From IMG/VR virus record IMGVR_UViG_3300046455_000579: a stretch of 64,000 bases of DNA; one strand, 5' to 3'. Position numbers and translations under genes: made by a program. Positions 45,121-55,329 of this stretch are shown piece after piece. The notes under the pieces were generated by a model. The model was not told where the DNA came from and ran no database searches. It saw only the letters and a list, made by a program, of their open reading frames with translations. The stretch's first letter is position 1. Each line of letters starts with the position of its first letter. Origin of the DNA: an uncultured virus (IMG/VR IMGVR_UViG_3300046455_000579). Lineage: Duplodnaviria; Heunggongvirae; Uroviricota; Caudoviricetes.

Positions 45121-45819
45121 ATGAGAGATGTGCGTGTGAGGGGGGCTGTGGCGGCGTGTGTGGCTGCTGCGGTGGTGGTGTTGGCGGGTTGCGGGGGCGG
45201 ATCGGACGACGGCGGGAAGTCGAAGGCGTCGCCGTCGGTGTCGGCGGTGGGTTCGTCGCCGCCTGCTGAGGTGGAGCCGTCGCCGACGTATCCGCCGGGC
45301 CCGGAGGGGGATGTGGACCGGGCCGTGGATGAGGCGGGTCTGGTGTATGACGATTCGTCGTACACCGATGCGGCCGCGTTCGTGCAGGACATCTGCGACT
45401 CGATGGTGACGCAGTCGAAGAACTGGAACCCGGCGCAGTGGCTGGCGGAGGGTGGCTATCTCGGGGATGACGGGGAGCAGATCCTGGATGTGGGGGTGCC
45501 GAAGCTGTGCCCGCGGTGGAAGTCGGCGTTGAAGCAGGCGGAGGCGGGGACGTACGTGCGGTTCATCTCGTCTGGGGAGTTCGAGGTGAAGGCGGATCCG
45601 GCGCCGTATGACTCTGACAGCGATTCGGATGTTGAGGAGATCAAGGCGGGCACGTATGTGGCGCGGGGGCATTTCTCGGACTGCTACTGGGAGCGGACCG
45701 GGGCGGACGGTCAGATTATTGAGAATCGTGCGGTGACTCAGGCGACGCGGATGACGGTGACGTTGCGGGTTGGGGAGCTGTTCTCGAATGACTGCGGGAC
45801 GTTTCGGCCGGTCGGCTGA
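45121..45819 (+). CDS. lipoprotein
   Basis: Signal peptide with LAGC lipobox; GTY…CYWER…CGTF C-terminal domain; start at 45112 or 45121. Confidence 0.75.
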   Translation: MRDVRVRGAVAACVAAAVVVLAGCGGGSDDGGKSKASPSVSAVGSSPPAEVEPSPTYPPGPEGDVDRAVDEAGLVYDDSSYTDAAAFVQDICDSMVTQSKNWNPAQWLAEGGYLGDDGEQILDVGVPKLCPRWKSALKQAEAGTYVRFISSGEFEVKADPAPYDSDSDSDVEEIKAGTYVARGHFSDCYWERTGADGQIIENRAVTQATRMTVTLRVGELFSNDCGTFRPVG

Positions 45820-46043
45820 CCGATCCCGGATACGCGAAGGTCCCCGCCGCGCTCCCGGGGGGTGGGGTGCGGGCGGGGCCGGGTGCTCGGCCTGCCTGGG
45901 GGGATGGGCGGGTTCGAGCGGTGGGGGTGTGGGGGTTACGGCCTGCCCCGCCCCGGCGCGGGGGTGCTAGGACGGGACAGGCTGTGCACTTTTGATGGTG
46001 GGGTATGGCCGCGCGTTTGTCCGAGGCGCTTCCCCTCTGGGTG

Positions 46044-48332
46044 CTACTCCCCTGCGTCCGGGCCGGGTCCCGGGCCGTACTTGCCGCGGACGGCCTGGCC
46101 GCTGCCGGGCATGCGGTGGATGCGGCCTTCCTTGACCATCCGGGACAGCCGGTTCTCGAGCGTGGAGGAAGTCAGCCCGGTGAGGCGCTCGATGTCGTCC
46201 TTGTGCAGGTAGTTGACCTCCTCCCCCATCGGGTCGGCGGCGTCCTCGAGGACGGTGAGGATCTTTTCGTCTGCGTTGGGCCCCTTCGGCGGTCCGGTGA
46301 GGGTGGCCCCGCCGCCGGCCTGTCCCGTCTCGCCGTCTTCGTCGTCCGGGAGGATGGAGGTCCGGCCGATCTCGTCCGCGCGCTCGAAGTCCGGCCAGTC
46401 AGCGGGGTGGGCGATGGCGGTTTCGTCGATGTAGGGGGCGGCGGACTCGAGGATGAAGTCGCGCATCATCTCGGCGGCTCCGCCGGGGCCCAGGGTGTAG
46501 CCGAGCCCGTAGGTGGATTCGGGGTCCTGGAGGGCGACGCTCTCGTCGTAGATGAGGGGCCGGTTGACGTCCCAGGCCGGGGGGATCTGGCCGGGGTCGA
46601 CGCCTTCGAAGCCGGTGGTGACGAGGTTGGACTGGTCGGAGTCGGTGCGGAGCATGACCAGGGAGCCGCCCTGGATGACGTTGGTCCGCAGGGCGGTTGA
46701 GCCGCCGAGCTTGTCGGCGTTCACGGCCTGGTTGACGATGGTGAGGATGATGCCGAGGGAGCGGGCCTTCGCGGCCAGCGCCTCCACGATGATCTTTGCT
46801 TCCTTGCGGTGGTCGACCAGCTCGGACAGCGGGACGTGGGCTTCGTCGAGGATGACGCGGACCCAGGGGCGGTCAGGGGTGGCGATGAAGTTCTTCATCT
46901 TCAGCCGTGCGGACTCGGCGATCCGCCACTGCATGAGGCCGTAGGAGACGCGCAGGGCGTGCATGCACTGTTCTTCGCCGATGCCGGAGTAGCAGGCCAT
47001 GGTCTCGACGTCGGGGTTGGAGGAGCCCTTGGGGTCGGCGTAGATGATGGCGTGGCCGTTGACGTGGTCGGCGAGGGCGACGATCTGGATGAGGCCACCC
47101 TTGCCGGATCCGGTGACGCCGGCGATGAAGAGGTGCTTGGCGCCGAGCTTGGGGTCGACGAACTGGATGCGGGCGGGGAATCCGGAGACGTGCTGGCCGA
47201 TCTGGACGTAGCCGCCCTTGGAGATTTTCAGGACGTGGGTGCCGGGGAAGGGGACGCCCTCCTTGAGGGGGTTGTGATTCATCTTGCGGACGGTTCCGCG
47301 GCGGGGGTCTCCGGGGACGGGTGCGTAGGAGCAGAGCAGGGTGTTGGTGCGGAGCGCTCCGGCGAGGGCTGCGCGGTCGGGGACGGGGAGTTTGTCGAGG
47401 TTCTCGCCAGCGACGACGTAGGCGACTTCACCGCCGGTGTTGGGGTCGGTCTGGACGTCTTCGAGGTGGGTGCCGGCCATGACGCCGCCGGTGCGGGCGG
47501 CCCATTTGCGCCAGGCGCCCTGGAGGGTGCTGGTGTCGAGTTCGGCGGGCGGCGCAAGGTTGACGGTGATGTGGCGTTCGCCGGAGTGGGCGCCGTCCTC
47601 GAAGGTGATCCAGGCGGCGCGGACCTGGTAGGGGGTGGACTGGTAGGCGCTGGAGACGGTGTCGGCGGTGACGGTGACGGACTGGCCGGCGGGGGCGGTG
47701 ATGGTGCCTTTCCAGCGGGTCGTGGACAGGGTGCGGATCTCGATGTTCTGGCTTTTGTGGGTGCCGTTGTCGAGGTTGGAGATGATCTGGTGCCAGCGGT
47801 AGGCGATCTGTTCGGCGGGGGTCAGCGGTCCGGCGGCTGCCTTGGGTGCGGGGCCGACGGGGGTGGGGGCGGGCTGTTTGGGGGTGCGGACGCGGCCGAG
47901 GACCTTGCGGAGTTTGAGGGGGACGAAGCCGACGGCGGCCAGCCAGCCGAGGGAGACGATGCCGGGGATCGGGTTGGCGGCGATGTCGGCGACGCCGAGC
48001 ATGAGGGCGTCGGATCCTTCGCCGCCGAGGAGGGCGCCCATGGCGAGAGCGACGCCGCTGGTGAGGGTGGAGATGGCCATGGGGGTGCTGTGCGCGCGGA
48101 GGATGTCCGCGGGCAGGTGGCGTTCGAGGCCGGGCGGTAGCCGGTTCATGTAGGTGGCGGTGGTGAGGGCGGCCGCGCCGCCGTAGGCGATGGTGGCGAG
48201 GAAGGTGGCGCTGGCGTCGAGGAGGGGGATGCCCGCGCCGATGGCGATGGGGGCGGCGCTGGTGGCGATGGCGATGCCGCGTTCGGTGCTGCTGGCGGCC
48301 GGCCTGCTGGCGGTGTTCGTGTTGCTCGTCAT
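46044..48332 (-). CDS. traB: TraB-like FtsK/SpoIIIE conjugative DNA translocase
   Basis: N-terminal TM helices, Walker A GVTGSGKG, Walker B ILDEAH, ARSLGI…NQ, C-terminal winged helix. Confidence 0.8.
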   Translation of the reverse strand: MTSNTNTASRPAASSTERGIAIATSAAPIAIGAGIPLLDASATFLATIAYGGAAALTTATYMNRLPPGLERHLPADILRAHSTPMAISTLTSGVALAMGALLGGEGSDALMLGVADIAANPIPGIVSLGWLAAVGFVPLKLRKVLGRVRTPKQPAPTPVGPAPKAAAGPLTPAEQIAYRWHQIISNLDNGTHKSQNIEIRTLSTTRWKGTITAPAGQSVTVTADTVSSAYQSTPYQVRAAWITFEDGAHSGERHITVNLAPPAELDTSTLQGAWRKWAARTGGVMAGTHLEDVQTDPNTGGEVAYVVAGENLDKLPVPDRAALAGALRTNTLLCSYAPVPGDPRRGTVRKMNHNPLKEGVPFPGTHVLKISKGGYVQIGQHVSGFPARIQFVDPKLGAKHLFIAGVTGSGKGGLIQIVALADHVNGHAIIYADPKGSSNPDVETMACYSGIGEEQCMHALRVSYGLMQWRIAESARLKMKNFIATPDRPWVRVILDEAHVPLSELVDHRKEAKIIVEALAAKARSLGIILTIVNQAVNADKLGGSTALRTNVIQGGSLVMLRTDSDQSNLVTTGFEGVDPGQIPPAWDVNRPLIYDESVALQDPESTYGLGYTLGPGGAAEMMRDFILESAAPYIDETAIAHPADWPDFERADEIGRTSILPDDEDGETGQAGGGATLTGPPKGPNADEKILTVLEDAADPMGEEVNYLHKDDIERLTGLTSSTLENRLSRMVKEGRIHRMPGSGQAVRGKYGPGPGPDAGE

Positions 48333-48382
48333 GGCGGATCTCCTTCGCGGGGCTGCGGGCGGGGTGGGGGGGGGTGGAGGTT

Positions 48383-48772
48383 CTACTCCTGGGTGAGCCA
48401 GTCGTTGTCGACGTCGTGGATGCCGGAGGCCGGGGAGGCGTTGACGGCTTCGTGGATGCCCTGGTGGGTGGCGACGGCTTCGTCGTGGCTGGTCCGGGCG
48501 AGGCGGGTGGTGGTGTCGCCGGCGGAGGCGTACCGGATGGCCTGCTCGGACACCCCGGTCATGGTCTTGGCGAGTTGGTGGGTCTCTCCGACGGTCTCGG
48601 TGTCGACGCGTTTGGCGGAGATCCCGTCGGCGATCCGGCTGGTGTCGGTGGCTTCCTGCTCGATGAACTGGGCCCATCCGCGGAGGGCTTCGGCGTCGGC
48701 GAGGATCTCGTTGCCGAAGTCGGTGACGTCTCGGACGAACTGCTCGTAGCGGGTGTCGGTCATGGGGCTCAC
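48383..48772 (-). CDS. helical transfer-associated protein
   Basis: Directly upstream of traB and coupled to the previous gene. Confidence 0.55.
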   Translation of the reverse strand: MSPMTDTRYEQFVRDVTDFGNEILADAEALRGWAQFIEQEATDTSRIADGISAKRVDTETVGETHQLAKTMTGVSEQAIRYASAGDTTTRLARTSHDEAVATHQGIHEAVNASPASGIHDVDNDWLTQE

Positions 48773-50592
48773 TTCCGGTACCAGTTGAGTTCGGCGGGCT
48801 TGGTCAGGGGGCTGTCGCAGACGGCCTTGTAGATGCCGCCGTAGCGGATCTCCACGTTGACGAGGACCACTTGGGTGTTCTCGGCTGCGCGGACGACGCG
48901 CTTGTGGAGTTCCTGGGCTTCGCGGATCTGGATGGTGGCGGCCTCGTGGAGGCGGGTGAGGACGCCGACGAACCGGTCGCCGCCTTCGCTCTTCAGGTTC
49001 TTGGCCGTCTCGAGGAACTTCAGGGCCTTGGCGGCCTGCTGCTCGGCGTGGGCCTGGAGCTGGCGGGTGCCTTCGGCGGCCTTGCCCATGCTGGTGGCTT
49101 TCTCGCCCAGGCGTCGTTCGTACTGTTTGAGGTTGCGGACCTCGCCGCGGGTGAAGGTCCGGCCGCCGTCCAGGGTGATGTGGTCGGCGGTGACTTCCTT
49201 GACCTCGATGGGCTGCGGCCCATCGGGCTGGTGGTCGGTGCTGGACGCGGTCACGGGCTGGTCCTCTGCTGCTCGCTGCTGCTTGCGGTCGGCGCGTGCC
49301 TGATCGAGACGCTCCTTTTCGCGCTGGGCGGCTTCGCTGCGGTCGTGGTGGCCGTCCTTGAAGCCGTCGCGGTAGGCGTTGATGTGGGCGGTGACCGTGG
49401 CGGTACGGGCTCCGTCGCGGTAGCCGGCTTCGCGGGACGGCTGGGTCTTGGGCGGCGTGCCGTTCCGGTTGCCGGTGGTCTTGGACCGGTCGGCAGCTTT
49501 GTCCTGTCCGGTGGTCTTGGGTGGCGTGGTGCCGTCCTTGGGCGTGCTGGTCTTGCCCTTGGCGTTCGGGGTGTCCTTCTTCGCCAGGTCGGTCTTCGCG
49601 CTGTCGCTGCTGCCCTGCTTGGGTGCGGCGCCTGACTGGCCGCCGCCGGTGTTGCCGGTGCCGGCTGCGTTGTCCTTGCCCGGGGCGGGCGCGGGAGTCT
49701 TCTTCGTGCTGGCGGTGCTGTCGCCGTTCTTGGGCTTCTTGTCCTTGGTCAGGCTGATCCCGGAGGAGTCGCCGCAGGTGGCCGTCTCCGTCCTGGTCCC
49801 GGGCCCCGTCCTGGTCTTGCCCGGGGTCTTCTTGCTGCCGGAGCCGTTGCCGGTGGCCTCGTGGTGTCCTTTGGTGTCCTTCTTCGGCTTTGGTGTGGCC
49901 TCGTTGTTGCCGTGACCGGACGAGCCGCCGGCCCCGCGCCCCGCACCGGAACCGCCCGCCCCGGAGGCGGTACCGCTGCCGGAGCGGCCGTTGGACTTGG
50001 AGCCGCCCGCGCCCCCGCTCCCCGAACTGCCGCCTCCTGACCTGCTGTTCTTCGGCCCGGTGGGCCCGTTGGACTTTGATGAGGAGTTTCGGGATGACCC
50101 GTTGGAGGGGCCGCCACTGTTCTTTGTCTTGGAATCCGTGGACTTACCCGCGGATGTCCCTGAATTCGTGGAGCCGCCCACGAACTTTTCGGACCGGTTG
50201 ACCGTGCGGGATTCCTTCGTCTGGTACGCCTGCGCCTTGGCCTTTTGAATGTCGAGGCGCTTATTCCGGGCGTCGCCGCCTTTCTTCCACCGTTCGATGG
50301 CGGCGAGAGCGAAAGAACGCATGACGCCGGTCTGCTGCTTACTTTCCTTCGCCCCGGCGCCTTCCTGGGTGTCGTTCTGGTAGGTGGAGCTGGAGGCGCT
50401 GGTGTGGGCGGGGTCGATGGTGTCGGGGGTGGTGGCGGCCGGGTCGAGGTTGAAGGAGGCGGAGGTGGGGCGGGCGGGCTCGATGGGGGCGAGCAGGCTC
50501 AGGCCTCCCTTGCCGGGAAGGCTGTTGGGGGTGTCGGTGGCGGACGGGCCGCCCGGGTCGGGGACGGCGGCCGGCGCGATGTCGCTTGCCAT
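48769..50592 (-). CDS. transfer-region protein with a long Gly/Ser/Lys low-complexity region
   Basis: Within the operon; helical C-terminus. Confidence 0.6.
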   Translation of the reverse strand: MASDIAPAAVPDPGGPSATDTPNSLPGKGGLSLLAPIEPARPTSASFNLDPAATTPDTIDPAHTSASSSTYQNDTQEGAGAKESKQQTGVMRSFALAAIERWKKGGDARNKRLDIQKAKAQAYQTKESRTVNRSEKFVGGSTNSGTSAGKSTDSKTKNSGGPSNGSSRNSSSKSNGPTGPKNSRSGGGSSGSGGAGGSKSNGRSGSGTASGAGGSGAGRGAGGSSGHGNNEATPKPKKDTKGHHEATGNGSGSKKTPGKTRTGPGTRTETATCGDSSGISLTKDKKPKNGDSTASTKKTPAPAPGKDNAAGTGNTGGGQSGAAPKQGSSDSAKTDLAKKDTPNAKGKTSTPKDGTTPPKTTGQDKAADRSKTTGNRNGTPPKTQPSREAGYRDGARTATVTAHINAYRDGFKDGHHDRSEAAQREKERLDQARADRKQQRAAEDQPVTASSTDHQPDGPQPIEVKEVTADHITLDGGRTFTRGEVRNLKQYERRLGEKATSMGKAAEGTRQLQAHAEQQAAKALKFLETAKNLKSEGGDRFVGVLTRLHEAATIQIREAQELHKRVVRAAENTQVVLVNVEIRYGGIYKAVCDSPLTKPAELNWYRK

Positions 50593-50711
50593 CTCAATCC
50601 TTACTGTGAGTAGTTCCTCCCGGACTCCCCCCACTCAGGAGAAGGCGGATCATGCCCGTCCTGGCGTGGGGGGATCTTGCAGTTTTCCGTCGGGTAGACC
50701 GGCGGGAGTAA

Positions 50712-51278
50712 CTACGCTTCGTGACTGCGGGTGCCGCGCTTGACCATGACGACCAGACCGACGACGAGGACGCCACCGACGACGAAGACGCCGTTGTTGA
50801 TGCCGCCCGAACTGGCGCTGGAGGACGCCGCGGCCTGCATGTCCGGGTTGCTGGCGTCCGTGTACTGGGTCTGGCAGGCCTCGACGATGTCCCGGTAGGA
50901 CGACTCGAGAGACTTGCCGACCAGGTCCTTGCTGGACGCGACGCAGGCATCGACCTGCTTCTGCCGGACACTGACCGTGCCCGCCTGGGTCTTGTTGACC
51001 TGGGTCTGCAGCTTCAGCTTCTGCAGCTCCAGGAGGTCCTTTTTGTAGGCGATTTCCTGCGCCCTGGCTTCGCTCTCGGCAGCGTTCGCCGAATACACCT
51101 GGTAACCGACCAGCCCGGTGGTGGCGATGGCCGCCGCACCGAGGGCGAGAGCCGCCTTTCCACGCGGCGTGAGACCGGCCTTCGCATTCGCCGGACGGGC
51201 ACCGTACGGATTGGTGTCGACGGTTTCCGGGGTGAATTCCCTGCCCATCATCTGGTCGAATTCGTCGGGGCGGTTCAC
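50712..51278 (-). CDS. membrane protein (Spd-like)
   Basis: Two TM helices and a coiled coil. Confidence 0.55.
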   Translation of the reverse strand: MNRPDEFDQMMGREFTPETVDTNPYGARPANAKAGLTPRGKAALALGAAAIATTGLVGYQVYSANAAESEARAQEIAYKKDLLELQKLKLQTQVNKTQAGTVSVRQKQVDACVASSKDLVGKSLESSYRDIVEACQTQYTDASNPDMQAAASSSASSGGINNGVFVVGGVLVVGLVVMVKRGTRSHEA

Positions 51279-51280
51279 GG

Positions 51281-51838
51281 TTATTCTCCGTTCTTTCGTG
51301 CCGCGTTCGCGGACAGGGTGATGAGGTGGCTGACCTGCGGGAATGTGCGGCCGGTGTGGTCGTTCCAGGCGTGGAAGGGTTCGTGGACGCCGTGTTCGCG
51401 CAGGGTCTGCTGCATGTAGTCGACGGCCCGCGCCCGGGCGGCGGGGGTGACGTGTCCGGTGTGTTCGAGGAGGGTCTGGGCGCCGCGGATGCACATCCGG
51501 CCGGTGGGGCTGAAGTCGAGGCTGCGGGCCCAGCCGTAGCGTTCCAGGACGGCCAATGTCTGGGCGAGGTGGTCGGAGGGGATGAGGGGGGTCGGGTTTT
51601 GCCACAGCCCCCACGCCTCGGCCAGGTTGCGGACGCCGCGCGGGACGAGCAGGTGCCAGCGCGTCGGCCAGTCCGGGGCGGCCGGCTGCGGGACCGGGGC
51701 GGGCCGGGTGGGGGCAGGCCGTGCGGGCGCCGCGGACGGGGTGGCCGTCCGCGAGGCCTGCGGGATGCGCGTGGGGGCGGTGCTCATGCGGAGTGTCGGT
51801 TCCTTCCGTGTCGGTGCCGACCGGTGGGTGACGGTCAC
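51281..51838 (-). CDS. DUF6197-like protein
   Basis: VLERYGW…GRMCIRGA…AWND…RTFPQV. Confidence 0.6.
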   Translation of the reverse strand: MTVTHRSAPTRKEPTLRMSTAPTRIPQASRTATPSAAPARPAPTRPAPVPQPAAPDWPTRWHLLVPRGVRNLAEAWGLWQNPTPLIPSDHLAQTLAVLERYGWARSLDFSPTGRMCIRGAQTLLEHTGHVTPAARARAVDYMQQTLREHGVHEPFHAWNDHTGRTFPQVSHLITLSANAARKNGE

Positions 51839-53013
51839 GGGTTGCTACCGGTGACCTTGGTGTGGATCTCCTTGTAGAGGGCCCGAATGTCGTCGGTCTT
51901 GAGCCCGTAGCCGGACTTCCGCCAGGCCTGCTCGAAGGCGTTCTGGGAGGGAGCCGGGCCCGTGCCGCGGAGGTCGAAGTAGAGGTCGTAGGCGATCCTT
52001 CGGCGGTCGGGGTCGCCCTCGTCGTGCCTCTTGTTCGCCTGCGCCTCGCCGGGGTTCGCCTGGGGCGCGCCTTCGGTGGGCCCTGTGGTGCGCCCTGGTG
52101 CGCCCTCGCTGGTCAGAGCGCTTATGTCGTCGGGGCTGGCAGCCAGTGCGCCCTGGGGCCCGGTGGTGGGGCGCAGGGCGCGCAGGGTGTAGGCCTCGGC
52201 CCGGTCCGGGAGGGCTTTGAAGGCGCCCATGCGGTCGATGCGGGTGGTGATCTGCAGTTCGGAGCCGAGCTGGTCGAGGGTGTCGGTCAGGCCGTGGAAG
52301 GAGGCGTCGCCGGCGCGCATGAGGGCCTTCTCGTACTGGCGCTGGCCCATCCACCACGGCTTACCGAGCGTGGCGAGAGCGATGACCTTGTCCTGGGCGT
52401 TGCGGCGGCTGATGGCCTCGGCGTCGGCGCCGCGGGAGCCGATCCCGAAGCGGGACTCGATCCGCTTGAGGCGGTCGCGCCACAGGCGGGCGATCATCCC
52501 GTCGGACTTGATCTCAATCTTGCCGAGCTTCGCTTCGAGGCCGAGGAGCTTGTGCAGGCCGTAGGCGAGCATCACCGGGCCGACGATCCGGACGAGCGCG
52601 GTGCCGAGGTCCTCGTGCTCCTGGCGGACGACTTCGATGGCGCCGATCGCCTGGGCGAGGACGAGGACATACGCGGTGCGGGTGGCGCCCTTGTCGTTGA
52701 ACGCCCAGGCGTACAGGGACAGGCCCAGGACGATGGCCTCGAGGACGAGGCCGACGGTCATGTTGTACGGCGACTCCATGTGGAGGCGCTTCTCGGCGAA
52801 CCGGGCGGAGGTGTTGGTGGACAGGGCCAGGCCGGCGACGACGACCAGGCCCATGCCGAGGAACCCGGTGAGGGTGCGGCGCTTGTGGCTGTCGGCGCGA
52901 CCGAACGTCTTGTGGGCGATCCGGTAGCCGAGGAAGAGGATGGGGAGGGCGAGCAGGACGGCCCATGCCTGGACGGGCACCTGCGCGACCGCGTTCTGCA
53001 CTTGGGTGAGCAT
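51835..53013 (-). CDS. multi-TM spread (SpdB-like) protein
   Basis: About 5 TM helices plus a C-terminal HTH-like region; lies in the tra operon. Confidence 0.6.
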   Translation of the reverse strand: MLTQVQNAVAQVPVQAWAVLLALPILFLGYRIAHKTFGRADSHKRRTLTGFLGMGLVVVAGLALSTNTSARFAEKRLHMESPYNMTVGLVLEAIVLGLSLYAWAFNDKGATRTAYVLVLAQAIGAIEVVRQEHEDLGTALVRIVGPVMLAYGLHKLLGLEAKLGKIEIKSDGMIARLWRDRLKRIESRFGIGSRGADAEAISRRNAQDKVIALATLGKPWWMGQRQYEKALMRAGDASFHGLTDTLDQLGSELQITTRIDRMGAFKALPDRAEAYTLRALRPTTGPQGALAASPDDISALTSEGAPGRTTGPTEGAPQANPGEAQANKRHDEGDPDRRRIAYDLYFDLRGTGPAPSQNAFEQAWRKSGYGLKTDDIRALYKEIHTKVTGSNP

Positions 53014-53031
53014 GGGCGGGTCCTTCCTGGG

Positions 53032-53169
53032 TCAGGCGGCGGGCGTGAGGTCGGCCTGCTGGGGCTGCGGGTGGGCTGCGGGGGCGGTGATGGCGAAGTA
53101 CGCCTCGTACTCGTCGTCGTCCCAGCTGGCGGGGTCGCCGTGGCCTTCGCGGAACTCGATGCCGGTCAT
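53032..53169 (-). CDS. small hypothetical protein (45 aa)
   Basis: ATGA coupling to the upstream gene. Confidence 0.4.
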   Translation of the reverse strand: MTGIEFREGHGDPASWDDDEYEAYFAITAPAAHPQPQQADLTPAA

Positions 53170-53471
53170 CGGGCACCGCCGTGCTTGCTGTGGTCGGTGG
53201 CGTAGGAGCGGAGTCGGTCGAGTTCGGCGGGGCTGGTGTCCTTGGCGCGGATGCTGGCGTCGCAGCCCTTGGCCGGGCAGGTGTAGAGCACGGTGCGGGA
53301 GGCGTCGTCGAAGCGGATGGCGAGCATGAGGCCGACGGCGAGGGTGGACAGGACGGTCGACATGATCGCGGCGATGCCGACGTGGTGGTTGGCGAGCTGG
53401 ATGGCGAGGCTGGCGGCCAGGCCGAGGGCAGTGGCGCCGGTGAGGGCGGCGAGGGCGGTGGGCTTCTTCAC
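53166..53471 (-). CDS. small membrane protein with a CxxxxC…H motif
   Basis: GGAAGGA RBS; two TM helices. Confidence 0.6.
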   Translation of the reverse strand: MKKPTALAALTGATALGLAASLAIQLANHHVGIAAIMSTVLSTLAVGLMLAIRFDDASRTVLYTCPAKGCDASIRAKDTSPAELDRLRSYATDHSKHGGAR

Positions 53472-53520
53472 GTGCGGTTCCTTCCGTGAGCAGTGCGGGT
53501 GGGCGGGCGGTGGTTGGTGG

Positions 53521-53649
53521 TCAGGTGCGGCCGGTGCCGATGCAGGCGGCGCAGATGCCGCCGGGCCAGTTGTCGAACCAGCCGGAGCAGATGGAGCACT
53601 GGCCAGCGTTCGCGACCAGGTGCCACAGGCGGATCAGGTGCTTCTTCAC
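53521..53649 (-). CDS. small CxxC…CxxC protein (42 aa)
   Basis: MKKHLIRLWHLVANAGQCSICSGWFDNWPGGICAAC; AAGGAG RBS. Confidence 0.55.
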   Translation of the reverse strand: MKKHLIRLWHLVANAGQCSICSGWFDNWPGGICAACIGTGRT

Positions 53650-53697
53650 GGGGTGGTGCTCCTTCCGGTGGTGCTGGGCGGGTTGGTGGGTGGCCGG

Positions 53698-53991
53698 TCA
53701 GACCATCAGCCGGTACTCGTCGACGATTTCCGTGGTGTCGGCCAGAAGGCGGCCGGCCCGGTCGAGGAAGACGTCGCGGGCGGTGTCGCTGGTGGCCTGC
53801 TGCGCTTCGGTCAGATGCAGCACGGCGATCTCCAGCTCCTCCGCTCCGTTGATCTGGGCGAAGTTGGTGAGCCGATCAGCCGCGGTCTTGAGCTGGTCGA
53901 TGAACTCGCCGGGGGTGGTGGCCGGCGGCTCCTCGGCGACGAAGGCCACGTCTTCGGCATGGAGGCGGATGAGGGAGTCGAAGCTGGGCAC
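53698..53991 (-). CDS. hypothetical protein
   Basis: GGAAGGA RBS before GTG. Confidence 0.55.
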   Translation of the reverse strand: MPSFDSLIRLHAEDVAFVAEEPPATTPGEFIDQLKTAADRLTNFAQINGAEELEIAVLHLTEAQQATSDTARDVFLDRAGRLLADTTEIVDEYRLMV

Positions 53992-54140
53992 TGGGGGTCG
54001 GTTCCTTCCAGTCGTGCGGGACGGGGTGGGTGCTGGTCTGGGCTGGGGTCGCACCTCGTGGATGCGGCCTCGGGACGGGCCAGCGGGGGTGGGGTCCGGT
54101 CGCCGTGTCGGCTTCGGCGGCCGGACCCCGGTGGGGGTGG

Positions 54141-54263
54141 CTACTTGTTCTTGCCGGTGAGGTTGATGCGGACTCGGGGGGCGGGCTTCGGTGTCTTGGG
54201 GTCGGTGGTGGTGTCGCGGCCGTTGATGCGGACGCGGGAGGTCTTCTTGTCGCTGTTGGTCAT
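54141..54263 (-). CDS. small basic protein with a duplicated RVRIN motif (40 aa)
   Basis: AGGAG RBS. Confidence 0.45.
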   Translation of the reverse strand: MTNSDKKTSRVRINGRDTTTDPKTPKPAPRVRINLTGKNK

Positions 54264-54274
54264 GGCCGGGGCTC

Positions 54275-54679
54275 CTAGTCGGTGTGAATGGCGCCGCTGG
54301 CGTTGGCGGCGTGCTGGTGGAGGTGGCGGTCGGACAGGGCGAGGAGGAGGTGTTCCCCCGCCATCTGGGTGTGCTTCTGCGCGTCGAAGGTGAGGGTGCG
54401 GAGGGCGGGGTTGGAGTCGGGGTTCGTGAGCCGGACGACGAGGTGGCCGAGCGCGGTGAGGACGTCCGTACCGTCGGGGGATCCGGCGAGGGTGACGGCC
54501 AGGAGCTGCGTGGCTTCGAGGTTGTGCCGGTCCAGGGCGATCAGCCGAATTCCGTCGAGGATCAGGTCGATGCCGGGGTGAATGCCGGCCAGGTCCTCCA
54601 TGACGCCCTCCAGCTCGGCGTCGAGCGGGGGGACGGCGTTGCCTGCGGTGTGCACGTGCGTGCGAGGGACAGTCGTCAT
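54275..54679 (-). CDS. hypothetical protein
   Basis: Coupled to the upstream gene. Confidence 0.55.
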   Translation of the reverse strand: MTTVPRTHVHTAGNAVPPLDAELEGVMEDLAGIHPGIDLILDGIRLIALDRHNLEATQLLAVTLAGSPDGTDVLTALGHLVVRLTNPDSNPALRTLTFDAQKHTQMAGEHLLLALSDRHLHQHAANASGAIHTD

Positions 54680-54990
54680 CACGCCTGCCCGCCGTTCGCG
54701 ATGTTCTCCAGCGCCTGCAGCATCTCGGTGACGTCGTTCGCATCGACCGGCGGCAGGGATACGGCGGTCAGGCCGGCTTCTTCCATGTCGGCCTGGTAGG
54801 CGTTCAGGGAGACCATGTCGTCGGTGAGGGCTTCGACGGCCCTCGCGGACAGCAGCGCCTCCCCGACCAGGCGGCCGTCTCCCAGACGGAGCGTCATGCG
54901 TACGGAAGTCGGGTCGCCTTCGGGGCTCAGCGCAGCAAGCTGGGCGACGAGCTCGATCGCCCGGAGTTCCTCGTTCGACAGCTCGGCCAT
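54679..54990 (-). CDS. hypothetical protein
   Basis: Within the operon. Confidence 0.55.
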   Translation of the reverse strand: MAELSNEELRAIELVAQLAALSPEGDPTSVRMTLRLGDGRLVGEALLSARAVEALTDDMVSLNAYQADMEEAGLTAVSLPPVDANDVTEMLQALENIANGGQA

Positions 54991-55329
54991 CTAGGCCACC
55001 GCCTTCAGGACGCGGTCCGAGCCGGTCCACACGGCGCCCGTGTAGTGGTCGGTGCCGGTGTGGAGGTCGAGGACGTGGATGGCGAACTGGGCGGAACGGC
55101 GGCGCAGGATCCGGCGGGCCTCGGACGTGTTGGTGACGACGTCCTGGACCTGGAACATGCCGGCCGCGTTGTCGTAGACGGTGCCGGGCTCACGCGGGCC
55201 GATCTGCTCGGCAACCACGCGGCGCAGGGCCTCGTCGGGGTCGTGGATGGTGGTGTTACTCGGCGCAGCCTGGTGGACGAAGTCACCGGGGTGCGGTGCC
55301 ATAGAAACGGTCGCTGTGCGATCCTTCAT
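54991..55329 (-). CDS. hypothetical protein, first gene of the transfer operon
   Basis: AGGAGG RBS before ATG 55329. Confidence 0.6.
   Translation of the reverse strand: MKDRTATVSMAPHPGDFVHQAAPSNTTIHDPDEALRRVVAEQIGPREPGTVYDNAAGMFQVQDVVTNTSEARRILRRRSAQFAIHVLDLHTGTDHYTGAVWTGSDRVLKAVA

Noticed and set aside
45820..46043. Possible clt locus (8-bp TraB recognition repeats) downstream of traB
   Set aside because: The region is G-run rich, but I could not find a regular repeated 8-mer by eye
48383..48772. WXG100 / type VII secretion substrate with an EccC-like ATPase
   Set aside because: No WXG motif, and the neighbouring ATPase has a single FtsK domain plus wHTH, typical of TraB
49930..49945. 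Additional copy of the CAGGCCCCGCGCCTG element
   Set aside because: Only the GC core matches, inside a Gly-rich coding tract and without the upstream promoter elements
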